This document shows positions 20,323 through 29,775 of a DNA stretch of 64,000 nt, one piece after another. The stretch covers positions 96,001 to 160,000 of the forward strand of contig CAWIEK010000060.1 in assembly GCA_963835065.1 (NCBI GenBank), in the 5' to 3' direction. Each line of letters opens with the position of its first letter. Position 1 is the first letter of the stretch. The stretch is from an uncultured Chthonomonadaceae bacterium. Its GTDB lineage: Bacteria; Armatimonadota; Chthonomonadetes; Chthonomonadales; Chthonomonadaceae. The notes beneath the pieces were generated by a model that searched no databases, was not told where the DNA came from, and was given only the letters and a program-made list of their open reading frames with translations. A program made the translations under genes and the position numbers.

Positions 20323-22599
20323 ATGCAAGAAGAAAGTTCTAAAACATCCGACATTTCCCTGCGTGAATACCTTGACCTCCTGCAGCGCCGCAAAGGCATC
20401 CTGATCCAAACGTTTGTTTCGGTATTCGTGGTGGGCGTTGTTATCACCTTTATGACCAAGCCCCTGTACCGCACCAATGCGCGCGTACTGGTGGAAGGCA
20501 AGTCGTACTACGTGCAGCAGTTCGACCCTTCCAACCCGATGGGCAACCTGTTCAGCGCGGATGCCGGGCATGAAGTGGACACGCAGCTGGAAGTGATTCA
20601 GGGCGAAAAGGTGGTTGCCGATACCTACAAGGCGGCAGGCGTTCCCGTCGGCACGGTGAAATTGCAGGCCAAGCAATCCGGCACGACGGATGTCATTGAT
20701 GTCACGACGGAATCCCGCTCCCCGCTTTACGCGCAGTTGTTTGCCAACAAACTGCCCACCGTGTATCTCGATTATGTCACGGGCAACCGCCGAACCGAGA
20801 TTTCCAAAGCGCTGGATTTCGCCTCGAACCGGCTGGCGCAGGAAAATAAGGCGCTGACGCGGGCGGAAACCGATTTGCAGCATTTCCGCGAACGGTCGCA
20901 CGTTTCCGAAGTGACCGTCGAGCGCGAGAACCGCATTAAAACCAAGGTGGCGGCGGAAGACGACGCGCAAAAATCTGCCGCGCATGTCGCGGCTCTGGAA
21001 GCGCGGCTGACGATTTTACAGCGAACCGCCAAAACATTGCCCGATTTTGTGGATAATCCGACTGCGACAACCAACGCGCAAATCCAAAGTTTGAAGGATC
21101 AGATCGCCGGCCTGCAAACGCAGCGACAGGCGCTGCTGGTTCAATCTAAGCCTGCCAATGTCAAAGTGCAGGAAGTGGACGCGCAACTGGCGCACTTGCA
21201 GGAGCGCCTGGCTGCCGCGCCGGACATGACCACAACGGTACAACGCATCCCCAACCCCGCTATTCTTGCGAATGTGGAAAAAATCGCCGCCACGCAGACC
21301 GAGTTGGACGAGGAAAAGGCGCATCTGGCGAACGTTCGCCAGAACGCCAATCTGGATGCCAGCGGCCTGGATAAGTACGGCAATCTGGAACGGCAGCAGG
21401 TGCGAATGCAGCGCGAAATCGAGCGGCACCAAGCCGCTGTCAACACGCTCACCAAAAGCGTGGACGACCTGAGCCTGCGCAAAAGCGCCACGCATGATCC
21501 CGTCCTGCTGATTTCTCCCGCGCCCCTGGGCCAGCAAATCGCGCCCAAGCCGATGAACAACCTGCTGGCGGCGACCCTCATCGGCCTGATTTTGGGACTA
21601 TGTTTCGCGCTCCTGCAGGAGTTTTTGGACGACCGCATCAATACGCCCGAAGAAGCCAAGCGCATCTTTGGCGCGTCCGCACTGGGCTATATTCCCCTGG
21701 TGGAAGACGCGGACGCGCGGCTTTTGGCGCGAACCCGTAACGGCAATCTGCTGGAAACGTATCGCGTCCTGCGTTCCAACGTGATGTTTTCGGCTGTGGA
21801 CGCGCCGATTCGCTCCATTATGATTACCAGTACGATGCCGGGCGAAGGCAAGTCCATGACCGCCTTTAATCTGGCGGTGGCGATGGCGCTGGATGGACGG
21901 CGCGTGATTTTGGTGGATGCCGACCTGCGGCGACCTACCGCGCACAAACTGGTGGGCGTGGAGCGGCGTCCCGGCCTGACGAATGTGCTGGTAGGCGAGT
22001 TGGCGCTGGATGAAGCCCTGCAGGATACGGGCGTCCGTAACCTGCGCGTCCTGACGGCAGGGCCGCTGCCGCCCAATCCCGCCGAAATTTTGAACTCGCA
22101 GGCGATGCGGCAGGTGCATGCCACCCTGCGCGACCGCGCCGACGTGATCATTTATGATACGCCGCCGTGCCTGGCGACGGCGGACGCGCAGGTGGTTTCC
22201 GCCGATGTGGACGGCGTGTTGTACGTGGCGCAGTTCGGCGAAACCAAGAAATCGGCGATGCGCCGGTCGGCGGAACTGCTGCACCAGGCGCATGCCCGTA
22301 TCCTGGGCGTAGTTTTCAACAAAATTGACATCAGCGGCAAGCGCGACGACTACTATTATGGCTACTACCGCTACTACAACTACTACCAGCAGGAGGGCGA
22401 GGGCGAGGAGGGTGGCAGCCGCCGCCGGCTTTCCACGTCCGAGTTCGACCTGATGCAGCAGCGCCGGGAAGCGATGGAAACTTCCGAACACGCCAGCGCG
22501 GTTGCCCAGGACAGCCAGAACGGCACGGCAATGGCCGCGATACGCAGCGAAACCCTGCCTGCGCTGCCGGAAATGGGAAAAGAGGAGAAGGACGCATGA
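20323..22599 (+). CDS. wzc: Polysaccharide co-polymerase / BY tyrosine kinase (Wzc family), copy 1
   Basis: Two TM helices around a coiled-coil; ITSTMPGEGKS; VDADLRRP; IIYDTPP; Tyr cluster YYYGYYRYYNYY. Confidence 0.95.
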   Translation: MQEESSKTSDISLREYLDLLQRRKGILIQTFVSVFVVGVVITFMTKPLYRTNARVLVEGKSYYVQQFDPSNPMGNLFSADAGHEVDTQLEVIQGEKVVADTYKAAGVPVGTVKLQAKQSGTTDVIDVTTESRSPLYAQLFANKLPTVYLDYVTGNRRTEISKALDFASNRLAQENKALTRAETDLQHFRERSHVSEVTVERENRIKTKVAAEDDAQKSAAHVAALEARLTILQRTAKTLPDFVDNPTATTNAQIQSLKDQIAGLQTQRQALLVQSKPANVKVQEVDAQLAHLQERLAAAPDMTTTVQRIPNPAILANVEKIAATQTELDEEKAHLANVRQNANLDASGLDKYGNLERQQVRMQREIERHQAAVNTLTKSVDDLSLRKSATHDPVLLISPAPLGQQIAPKPMNNLLAATLIGLILGLCFALLQEFLDDRINTPEEAKRIFGASALGYIPLVEDADARLLARTRNGNLLETYRVLRSNVMFSAVDAPIRSIMITSTMPGEGKSMTAFNLAVAMALDGRRVILVDADLRRPTAHKLVGVERRPGLTNVLVGELALDEALQDTGVRNLRVLTAGPLPPNPAEILNSQAMRQVHATLRDRADVIIYDTPPCLATADAQVVSADVDGVLYVAQFGETKKSAMRRSAELLHQAHARILGVVFNKIDISGKRDDYYYGYYRYYNYYQQEGEGEEGGSRRRLSTSEFDLMQQRREAMETSEHASAVAQDSQNGTAMAAIRSETLPALPEMGKEEKDA

Positions 22600-23855
22600 G
22601 ATTGAGAGCGCGTTTCGCCGCTTCCGGCTGCATCCTCGCGCTGGGATTGTGCGCAGGGGTTTTGCCGGGAAAGAATGTAAGCGCGCAGGGAGCGGTTCCC
22701 CCCGCCAAAGCGCAGCCTGCCCCTGCCGCTGCCGGGGCGCAAGCGCCCGCTGCGGCCCCTGCCGCCGACCGCGCCGCCCAGGAGTTTACGCTGGGGGCGG
22801 ACGACGTAATTGAAGTGACCGTCCGCGACCATGTGGAATTGGACCATACGCTGACGATCCTGCCGGACGGCAAAATCGCTTATCCCACCGTGGGCGAAAT
22901 GCAGGCGGCGGGTAAAACCCCTCGCGCCCTTGCCGCCGAAATCCAGGCCGAACTGGAAATCACGCTGAACAACATCCATGTGACCGTGACCGTGAAGGAG
23001 GTCCATTCCCGGCGCGTACGCATCGTGGGCGCGGTCAGAGCGCCCGGCGGCTTTGATTTGAAGCGCGACTGGCGCGTGTTCGACCTCATTGCGGCGGCGG
23101 GTGGCTTGAGCGCCAAACCGGAGCAGGTCACGGCCCGTATCATTCGCGGCGGCGCGCTGGTTCCGGTGAACGTGCCCGAAGCGATGCATGCGCCACAGGG
23201 CAGCGCAAATCTTTTGCTGGAGCGCGATGACCTGATGCTGCTGGATGAGCAGCCTGTGGTGAAACGGCAGGCGCAGGTCGTCGGCCAGGTTGCCAGGCCC
23301 AGCCTGTACGATCTCGAACCCGATGCCACGCTGCTGCAGGTGCTGGCGCAGGCGGGCAATCCCACGGACAAAGCCGCGCTATCGCGCGCTTACGTGCTGC
23401 GCGACGGAACGCAAATTCCCGTCAACTTGTACACCTTCCTGGCGGAAGGCAAGCCGGACGACAGCGTGACCAAGTTCCGCATGCAGGCGGGCGATGTGGT
23501 TTTCATTCCCGCCCAGGAAGCGCGCTTCAGCGTTCAGGGGCAAGTAGGCAAGCCGGCATTTTACCCGTATCCCGAAAAAGGCAAAGTGACGGTATTGGAT
23601 GCTTTGAATGAGGCCGGCGGCGCGGCCAACGGCGACCTGAGCAAAGCGGCCATTATTCGCATGACGGACGGCAAGTACGCGGCGACGCCCATTAACATTG
23701 ACCAGATGCTCAAAAAAGGCGATTTGACGAAGAACACGGTTCTCCAGCCCGGCGATATGCTGTACGTGCCCGCGCGCTCGTCGCGCCGGGGTGTCGGGTT
23801 CCAGGACGTGCTGGCTCCCCTCTCGCTTTTGGGATTGCTGGGCATCCGCTTGTAA
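22596..23855 (+). CDS. wza: Polysaccharide export protein (Wza/OPX, Poly_export + SLBB repeats), copy 1
   Basis: LGADDVIEVTV...ILPDGKIAYP..GE..AAGKT, three SLBB repeats and a C-terminal amphipathic helix. Confidence 0.92.
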   Translation: MRLRARFAASGCILALGLCAGVLPGKNVSAQGAVPPAKAQPAPAAAGAQAPAAAPAADRAAQEFTLGADDVIEVTVRDHVELDHTLTILPDGKIAYPTVGEMQAAGKTPRALAAEIQAELEITLNNIHVTVTVKEVHSRRVRIVGAVRAPGGFDLKRDWRVFDLIAAAGGLSAKPEQVTARIIRGGALVPVNVPEAMHAPQGSANLLLERDDLMLLDEQPVVKRQAQVVGQVARPSLYDLEPDATLLQVLAQAGNPTDKAALSRAYVLRDGTQIPVNLYTFLAEGKPDDSVTKFRMQAGDVVFIPAQEARFSVQGQVGKPAFYPYPEKGKVTVLDALNEAGGAANGDLSKAAIIRMTDGKYAATPINIDQMLKKGDLTKNTVLQPGDMLYVPARSSRRGVGFQDVLAPLSLLGLLGIRL

Positions 23856-23974
23856 CCGCAAGCAAGCACTCCTGCCGGGCGTGACACGGAAATTTCAGGT
23901 TCCCGGCAGCCGCCAACAAAGATTTATTCCTTTCTCAACAAAAACTTTTCAAAAACATGCAAGAAACACGCACT

Positions 23975-23991
23975 TTGGCATGAATCTTGCA
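23975..23991 (+). promoter_or_regulatory. Sigma54 (-24/-12) promoter
   Basis: TTGGCATGAATCTTGCA has exact GG-N10-GC spacing and lies about 330 bp before ATG 24325. Confidence 0.8.
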
Positions 23992-24220
23992 ACATACCCC
24001 TATGTGCGCGCCAATACTTCGGCTTTTCATCGGCATGGCTGTTGATTTGCCTGGATACGGCTGTTTCGCATAGATATGATTTTCTTGGATTTTTCTAACG
24101 ACGGTTTTCTCCCGCAGGCGCTGTTACCGGCGCTTGTCGGATTTACCCTATAGGTTTTCGGAGCCGACCGGAAGCCGATGCTGTGCTGTTTGCGGCATTT
24201 TCTTCGGCGACTTTCACTTT

Positions 24221-24298
24221 GTCGGCAGATGTGTAAGGCACTGTCGGCGCGTTCCGATGGCAGCGGTTTGGCCGGATGTGTAAGGCACCGGCGAAACC
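24221..24298 (+). ncRNA. Candidate cis-regulatory tandem-hairpin RNA, copy 1
   Basis: GTCGGCAG-ATGTGTAAGGCA-CTGTCGGC (24221-24248) and GGTTTGGCCGG-ATGTGTAAGGCA-CCGGCGAAACC (24265-24298). Confidence 0.7.
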
Positions 24299-24324
24299 CT
24301 ACAGGGAACAGAAAGGGCTTTAAC

Positions 24325-26061
24325 ATGCCAAAATCAAACTCCTGGTGGGAGCAGGCGGTGCAAAACCGACTGGTAGCCGCAGTGCTGGCTATGGTCGTAG
24401 TGATGCCGCTTGTCGCCTTGCCTGCCGAAATGCGCCGCTCCGGCTCGGCGGCTCTGGTCTTCGAGGGTTTTGCCATCCTGCTGATGGCGACCCTGCTGTG
24501 GCGTTCCCAGTGGAACCTGGACAAGGAGCGCGTAACCGCGTTTCTGAAAACCGGCGTCAACCTCCCGGTGATGGCGCTGCTGTGCCTTGCGATTGTGTCG
24601 TGCATCCGTTCTCCGCATAAAATCTACAGCGCGCAGGAAACCCTGCGTTTGGGCGCGGGCGTCCTGCTGTACCTGGTGATTTCGTATCAGTTCCGGCGCT
24701 CCGAATACCTTGCCAAACTGATAGACGTGTTGGTGTTTGTGGCGCTGGCGGCCTCGCTGCTGGGATTTGCGCAGTTCGCGAGCAATTCAACCATTTATGC
24801 GACCGGCATGTTCAACGACCACCAATTGTTCGGCTCGTTTCTGATGCTGCTGCTGCCGATGGTGGCGATCACGGCGATCACGGAAACCAAGACCAATCGG
24901 CAGCTTGCCGCGCAGGTGGCGACGATTTTGACGGCGGCCTGCCTGCTGCTGACGCACACGCGCAGCGCATGGATCGGCGGCGCGGCGGGATTGGTCGCGC
25001 TGGGCTTGCTGGCCGCCTACTCTCTTTCGCGACAAGCGCGCATTGGGCCGCGCAAGCATGCGTGGGTCATGCCCGTGATGCTGCTGTTTGTGGCGGGCGG
25101 GTTCTTCCTGATGGTATCGCCGGATACGGGTTCCATCATGGAGCGCGCGGGCACATTGACGCAGGTCGGCAAGGAAGCCGGCTGGCAGTACCGCCAGAAC
25201 AAGGCGCGCGGCTCCCTGGATATGGTGCGGGCGCGTCCGCTGACGGGCTGGGGCATCGGTTTGTACCCCTACTATCAGCGCCAGTTTACCGGTTCGGGCA
25301 CGGCGCTGTCCGGCGCAATGATGAAGCCCTTCCTGAATGAAGAGGCGCACAATCTGTATCTGCAAACGGCTGCCGAATTGGGTATTCCCGGACTGGTGTT
25401 GCTGGTCAGCATCATAATCATGTTTTTAGGGATGGGCATGGCGCGGTTGCGCAGCATGGAAGTCGGCTTGCGGCGCAATCTGCTGTTGGGTTCCATGGCT
25501 TCGCTGGTGGCCTTTGCGATAGACGCGGCGGGCAGCCCGGCATGGCAGTTGGGACAGAACTCGATGTTTCTGTGGCTGGTTCTCGGCATCGGCGTATCGT
25601 GCCTGCGTCCCAAGCCAAAAGCCAGCGAGGATACGGTTCAGCATTTCGTGCCGCAACTGGTATCGCGTCCCATGATCGCCCTGGCTTCTGTGGGATTGCT
25701 GGCCGTCATGCTGCCGACCCTTGTCGTAGCAAGCATAGGCGAGTACAAGCAGTTGGAATATGTGACCATCGTGCCAAGCCAGGCGAACCTGCGCGGCGGT
25801 TTCCAGAACCAGGCGTTTCGGCTCATCGCGACGTTCGGAAACCCCAGTCGTCCTCAAGACGGCTCGGTTGACCAGGACGTGACTTCCATGTCTACGTTTG
25901 TGAAGATGAACGGCGCGGGCGTCATCATCAACAACAACGTCTATAAGTCCGCCTTCCGCGAACGCGACCTGCCGACGGTGACGGGCACGTACACGGAAAG
26001 CAACTCCTTCCAGAATAATCAAAGCGGATCGGACACGGCGCAGTTGCGGGTCACGCCGTAA
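24325..26061 (+). CDS. O-antigen ligase/Wzy_C-family membrane protein with C-terminal Ig-like domain, copy 1
   Basis: Many TM helices; LLLTHTRSAWIG; RPLTGWGIG; AHNLYLQTAAELGIPG; beta-rich tail after 25732. Confidence 0.88.
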   Translation: MPKSNSWWEQAVQNRLVAAVLAMVVVMPLVALPAEMRRSGSAALVFEGFAILLMATLLWRSQWNLDKERVTAFLKTGVNLPVMALLCLAIVSCIRSPHKIYSAQETLRLGAGVLLYLVISYQFRRSEYLAKLIDVLVFVALAASLLGFAQFASNSTIYATGMFNDHQLFGSFLMLLLPMVAITAITETKTNRQLAAQVATILTAACLLLTHTRSAWIGGAAGLVALGLLAAYSLSRQARIGPRKHAWVMPVMLLFVAGGFFLMVSPDTGSIMERAGTLTQVGKEAGWQYRQNKARGSLDMVRARPLTGWGIGLYPYYQRQFTGSGTALSGAMMKPFLNEEAHNLYLQTAAELGIPGLVLLVSIIIMFLGMGMARLRSMEVGLRRNLLLGSMASLVAFAIDAAGSPAWQLGQNSMFLWLVLGIGVSCLRPKPKASEDTVQHFVPQLVSRPMIALASVGLLAVMLPTLVVASIGEYKQLEYVTIVPSQANLRGGFQNQAFRLIATFGNPSRPQDGSVDQDVTSMSTFVKMNGAGVIINNNVYKSAFRERDLPTVTGTYTESNSFQNNQSGSDTAQLRVTP

Positions 26062-26083
26062 GCCGAGTGGCTTGAGATCGGTT

Positions 26084-26119
26084 TTTGCGCCGACAGTTTT
26101 CCGCGTCTGTCGGCGCAAA
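26084..26119. terminator. Strong 13-bp hairpin after ligase 1
   Basis: TTTGCGCCGACAG-N10-CTGTCGGCGCAAA. Confidence 0.65.
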
Positions 26120-26166
26120 CCTCATGTGTGAATTTGACAAAGCATGGCGTTGAACGTAAAAAACAT

Positions 26167-26196
26167 TTGACAGAGCTGCTCCAAATTATGTATACT
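26167..26196 (+). promoter_or_regulatory. Sigma70-type promoter for the glycosyltransferase cluster
   Basis: TTGACA-N18-TATACT. Confidence 0.6.
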
Positions 26197-26386
26197 GGTA
26201 CAGATAAATACTTATCTACGGATTAGTTTGCTTCGCAATTGTTGAGCCTCAAACGTAAACTGTGGCGCTTTCATGCGGCTTACCGCCCTTTTCCTTTGCT
26301 GCCGTTCTCGCTTCTCCCATTTGAAATTTGCTTTGTGAAGTTTGCTTTGCAAAGTTTTCTTTAACGCAGATTTTACGCGAGTAAAG

Positions 26387-27562
26387 ATGATGAAAATTGC
26401 CATTGTACACGACTTTCTAATGCAGATGGGTGGGGCGGAAAAGGTCGTCGAGGTTCTCCACGACATGTACCCGGACGCGCCTGTCTACACGTCGGCGTAT
26501 GACGCGAAGGCAATGCCATCCGCCTACCGGCAATGGGATATTCGCACCAGTTTTCTGCAAAACCTGCTGATGAAGCGGCACACGCACCGCATGGCGCTGC
26601 TGCTGTATCCCATCGCTTTTGAAGGCTTCGATTTATCCCCCTATGATGTGGTAATCAGTTCCTCGTCGGCGTTTGCCAAGGGCGTCATCACGCAGCCGCA
26701 CACGCAGCATATCTGCTACACGCACACGCCCATGCGCTATGCGTGGACGACGCGCTCCTATATGCAGAATGAGCGGATGTCGCGGATGCTGCGCGGGATG
26801 CTGCAGCCGGGTACGCACTATCTGCGGATGTGGGACTCGCTGGCGACGAACCGCGTGGATCAACTGGTCGCCAATTCGAGCGCGGTGGCGCGGCGCATCA
26901 AAAAGTTTTATCGCCGGGACAGCGTGACCATTCATCCGCCCGTAAACACGCAGCGTTTTCAGTTGTCGGAAGACCGGGGAAACTATTATATTATAGTGTC
27001 GCGCTTTGTTCCCTACAAGCGCCTGGATCTGGCGGTGGAAGCGTTTACGCGCATGGGCAGGCCGCTCAAGGTGGTTGGCACGGGCCGTCAGTTGAAGAGT
27101 TTGCAGGAGCGGGCGGGCAGCAATGTGGAATTTTTGGGGCATGTCAGCGATGCGGATTTGCCGATGCTGATGGCGCAGGCGCGGGGCTTTATCATGCCGG
27201 GCGAAGAGGATTTCGGCATCGCGCCTGTGGAAGCCAATGCCTGCGGCGTTCCCGTGATCGCGTATGCGGCAGGCGGGGCGCTGGACTCGCAGCGGGATGG
27301 CGTAACGGGCTTTTTGTTCCCGGAGCAGACGGTAGACTCGCTGTGCGAAGCGGTGGAAAAGGCGGAGCGAACGCGCTTCGATCCGATTGCGATCCGCAAC
27401 CACGCGCGCCGTTTTGATACAAGCGTGTTCCGCCGCGAAATCGCCTGCCTGGTGAATAAATCCCTGCATGGGGCAGGAAACGGTTCTTTGGAGTCCTCTC
27501 CCTCCGACGGGGCGTTGCCGTCCGATGTGGAGCATGACCGGGCGGTAGCGATGATTGGTTGA
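26387..27562 (+). CDS. Glycosyltransferase family 4 (WbaZ-like mannosyltransferase)
   Basis: KIAIVHDFL..GGAEKV, HICYTHTPMRYAW and EEDFGIAPVEANACG. Confidence 0.93.
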   Translation: MMKIAIVHDFLMQMGGAEKVVEVLHDMYPDAPVYTSAYDAKAMPSAYRQWDIRTSFLQNLLMKRHTHRMALLLYPIAFEGFDLSPYDVVISSSSAFAKGVITQPHTQHICYTHTPMRYAWTTRSYMQNERMSRMLRGMLQPGTHYLRMWDSLATNRVDQLVANSSAVARRIKKFYRRDSVTIHPPVNTQRFQLSEDRGNYYIIVSRFVPYKRLDLAVEAFTRMGRPLKVVGTGRQLKSLQERAGSNVEFLGHVSDADLPMLMAQARGFIMPGEEDFGIAPVEANACGVPVIAYAAGGALDSQRDGVTGFLFPEQTVDSLCEAVEKAERTRFDPIAIRNHARRFDTSVFRREIACLVNKSLHGAGNGSLESSPSDGALPSDVEHDRAVAMIG

Positions 27563-27637
27563 AGTGTAGTTGATAGTTCAAGCATCGGCGCGTCTTTGCG
27601 TTTGTGCGGCAGATTTGTGTAGAATTATACGGGAAGC

Positions 27638-28528
27638 GTGAGCAAGGTTATTTTGGAACCGGTATTACAGGCGGATAATTTGCGGGCGGAACCATTGGTA
27701 GAGGCGGAAAAACCGTTTTTGCTGATTACGCCGAGCAAGGGTTGGGCGGCGCTGAACCTGCGCGAATTGTGGCAGTTCCGCGATCTGCTGACGACGCTGG
27801 CGGCACGGGACGTAAAACTGCGCTACCGGCAAACGGCGTTGGGCGCGGTATGGGTCATTTTGCAGCCTCTGATGGCGGCGGGCATCTTCTCGGTGGTCTT
27901 CGGCAAAGTCGCCAAACTCCCCAGTGACGGCCTGCACTATTTCCTGTTCGCGTATGCGGGTCTGCTCGGCTGGAACGTGTTCAGCAGCACGTTAGGCAAG
28001 GTGAGCGGCTGTCTGGTCGGCAACGCGCATCTGGTGTCGAAAGTGTTCTTCCCGCGCCTGGTGCTGCCGCTTGCGACCGTGTTTTCGACGCTGGTGGACT
28101 TCGGGGTGGCGCTGGCGATGCTGGTTGTGCTGATGGTAATCTACCATGTGGTTCCGACGTTGGGATTGCTGCTGCTTCCCCTGTGGGTGCTGCTGACGCT
28201 GCTGCTGGCGATGGGCATCGGCCTGTGCGCTTCGGCCCTGATGGTGACGTACCGGGATGTGGGGTACGTGCTGCCGGTTGTGACGCAGTTTCTGCTGTAC
28301 GGCAGTCCCGTCGCGTATGCGCTGTCGGCGGTTCCGAAGGATTGGAAGATGGTTTACCTGCTGAATCCCCTGTCCGTGCTGCTGGAAGGCTTTCGCTGGT
28401 CGCTGCTCGGACGCGGAACCGTGAGCGCGCAGGGCGTGGCGTATGCGGCAGCGGTGTCCATCCTGGCGTTCCTGGGCGGCGCGTTCGCGTTCAAGCGCAT
28501 GGAGCGGAAATTCGCCGACGTCATTTAG
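27638..28528 (+). CDS. wzm: ABC-2 polysaccharide exporter permease
   Basis: RDVKLRYRQTALGAVWVILQPL, LVSKVFFPR, YRDV, LNPL and ERKFADVI. Confidence 0.95.
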   Translation: MSKVILEPVLQADNLRAEPLVEAEKPFLLITPSKGWAALNLRELWQFRDLLTTLAARDVKLRYRQTALGAVWVILQPLMAAGIFSVVFGKVAKLPSDGLHYFLFAYAGLLGWNVFSSTLGKVSGCLVGNAHLVSKVFFPRLVLPLATVFSTLVDFGVALAMLVVLMVIYHVVPTLGLLLLPLWVLLTLLLAMGIGLCASALMVTYRDVGYVLPVVTQFLLYGSPVAYALSAVPKDWKMVYLLNPLSVLLEGFRWSLLGRGTVSAQGVAYAAAVSILAFLGGAFAFKRMERKFADVI

Positions 28529-28534
28529 GCAACA

Positions 28535-29737
28535 GTGGGACAATCAATCGTGCAAACCACGCAGCCCGATGCTCAACCCGTTCCAACCAACCAGGTTTAC
28601 CGCCTGCTGAATGTGTGCCGGGGGATTGCGGCACTGAGCGTGGTTGTGTTCCATACGATCGTGATACTGGTCAATCGCTTTCCTGACCTGCGCCATTTTC
28701 CGCTTTATGTGATCGGCGCGTTCGGTTTTCTTGGCGTACAGATGTTTTTTGTGGTCAGCGGCTATTGTATTGCTGCGGCTGCCGCCACAACGCTGACGCG
28801 GGGTGATAGCACAGGCAACTTTCTTTTGGCGCGGGCGCGGCGTATCTTTCCGGCGTACTGGTGTTCGCTGGCGTTTTACATACCCGCCGCCCTGCTCATG
28901 GCGTTTATGGTGGCGCATGGCCGTGTCCATTCCAGCGGCATGGCGGACGTGGATATTGTCCATCAGCGCATCGGGTTCTACCTGGCGCATCTGGCCCTGC
29001 TGCAAGAGGGGCTGCGTTACCCGGCCCTGAGCGTGGTATACTGGACTCTGTGTTATGAAGCCGCCTTTTACGTATTGGTGGCCGTGTGCCTAGCGATTGC
29101 GCAGCGTTTTGGAAGGGTTCGCGTCCTTCTCTCCTGTGCCCATGTGCTGACGGTTGTGACGCTGCTGCTGCCGTGGATCGCGCCCCGCTGGTGGGCTTAT
29201 CCATTGGATATGTGGGCGCAGTTCGGGTTGGGAATTCTGGTTTATGATTTGCTTGCCAACCCGCAGCAGAACGCGCCGAAAGCATGGGCTGTGGTAATTG
29301 CGGCGCAGATTGCCGGGCTGATCGGGGCGCATCGTATCGCGGGGATTATCGCGCCGCAGTCCAACGAATTGACGTATGCGGTCAGCCTGGGCATCGCCGC
29401 CCTGCTGTGGTTCCTGCATCGCTACGACGCCTGCCTGAGCGCGACAAAGCCCGCGCGCCTGCTGGCGGCAACGGGCCTATTTTCGTACAGCCTGTACCTG
29501 ATCCATTTTCTGTTTCTCGGCTTTATCAGTCAGGGGATCGCGCTGCTACATCTTCCGGTCGGACTGCATCTGCTCTGGTTTGCGGGCGCGATTGGATTGG
29601 CGATAGCGTCCGGGCGCATGTTCTATAAGTTCTGCGAACAGCCGTTTACGCAGCGTAAGCGCGCGCTTCCGGGCGTGGAGACTGCCGAAGCGCTGGCATT
29701 GCAAAGAGCCAGAGCAGACGGATACGTTCGTTTGTGA
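28535..29737 (+). CDS. Acyltransferase family 3 (OafA-like)
   Basis: RGIAALSVVVFH, GVQMFFVVSGY, RRIFPAYW, WTLCYEAAFY and SYSLYLIH. Confidence 0.93.
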   Translation: MGQSIVQTTQPDAQPVPTNQVYRLLNVCRGIAALSVVVFHTIVILVNRFPDLRHFPLYVIGAFGFLGVQMFFVVSGYCIAAAAATTLTRGDSTGNFLLARARRIFPAYWCSLAFYIPAALLMAFMVAHGRVHSSGMADVDIVHQRIGFYLAHLALLQEGLRYPALSVVYWTLCYEAAFYVLVAVCLAIAQRFGRVRVLLSCAHVLTVVTLLLPWIAPRWWAYPLDMWAQFGLGILVYDLLANPQQNAPKAWAVVIAAQIAGLIGAHRIAGIIAPQSNELTYAVSLGIAALLWFLHRYDACLSATKPARLLAATGLFSYSLYLIHFLFLGFISQGIALLHLPVGLHLLWFAGAIGLAIASGRMFYKFCEQPFTQRKRALPGVETAEALALQRARADGYVRL

Positions 29738-29775
29738 AGCGCCAAAAGGTTTTCGACTGCTTGTAAGGATGTTCT

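Noticed and set aside
24221..24298. Tandem hairpins as an ANTAR target, CsrA sites or a c-di-GMP riboswitch
   Set aside because: ANTAR needs hexaloops with A1/G4. The GGA here lies in the stem and is AGA in one copy, unlike CsrA loops. I see no c-di-GMP aptamer core. Not tested against Rfam.
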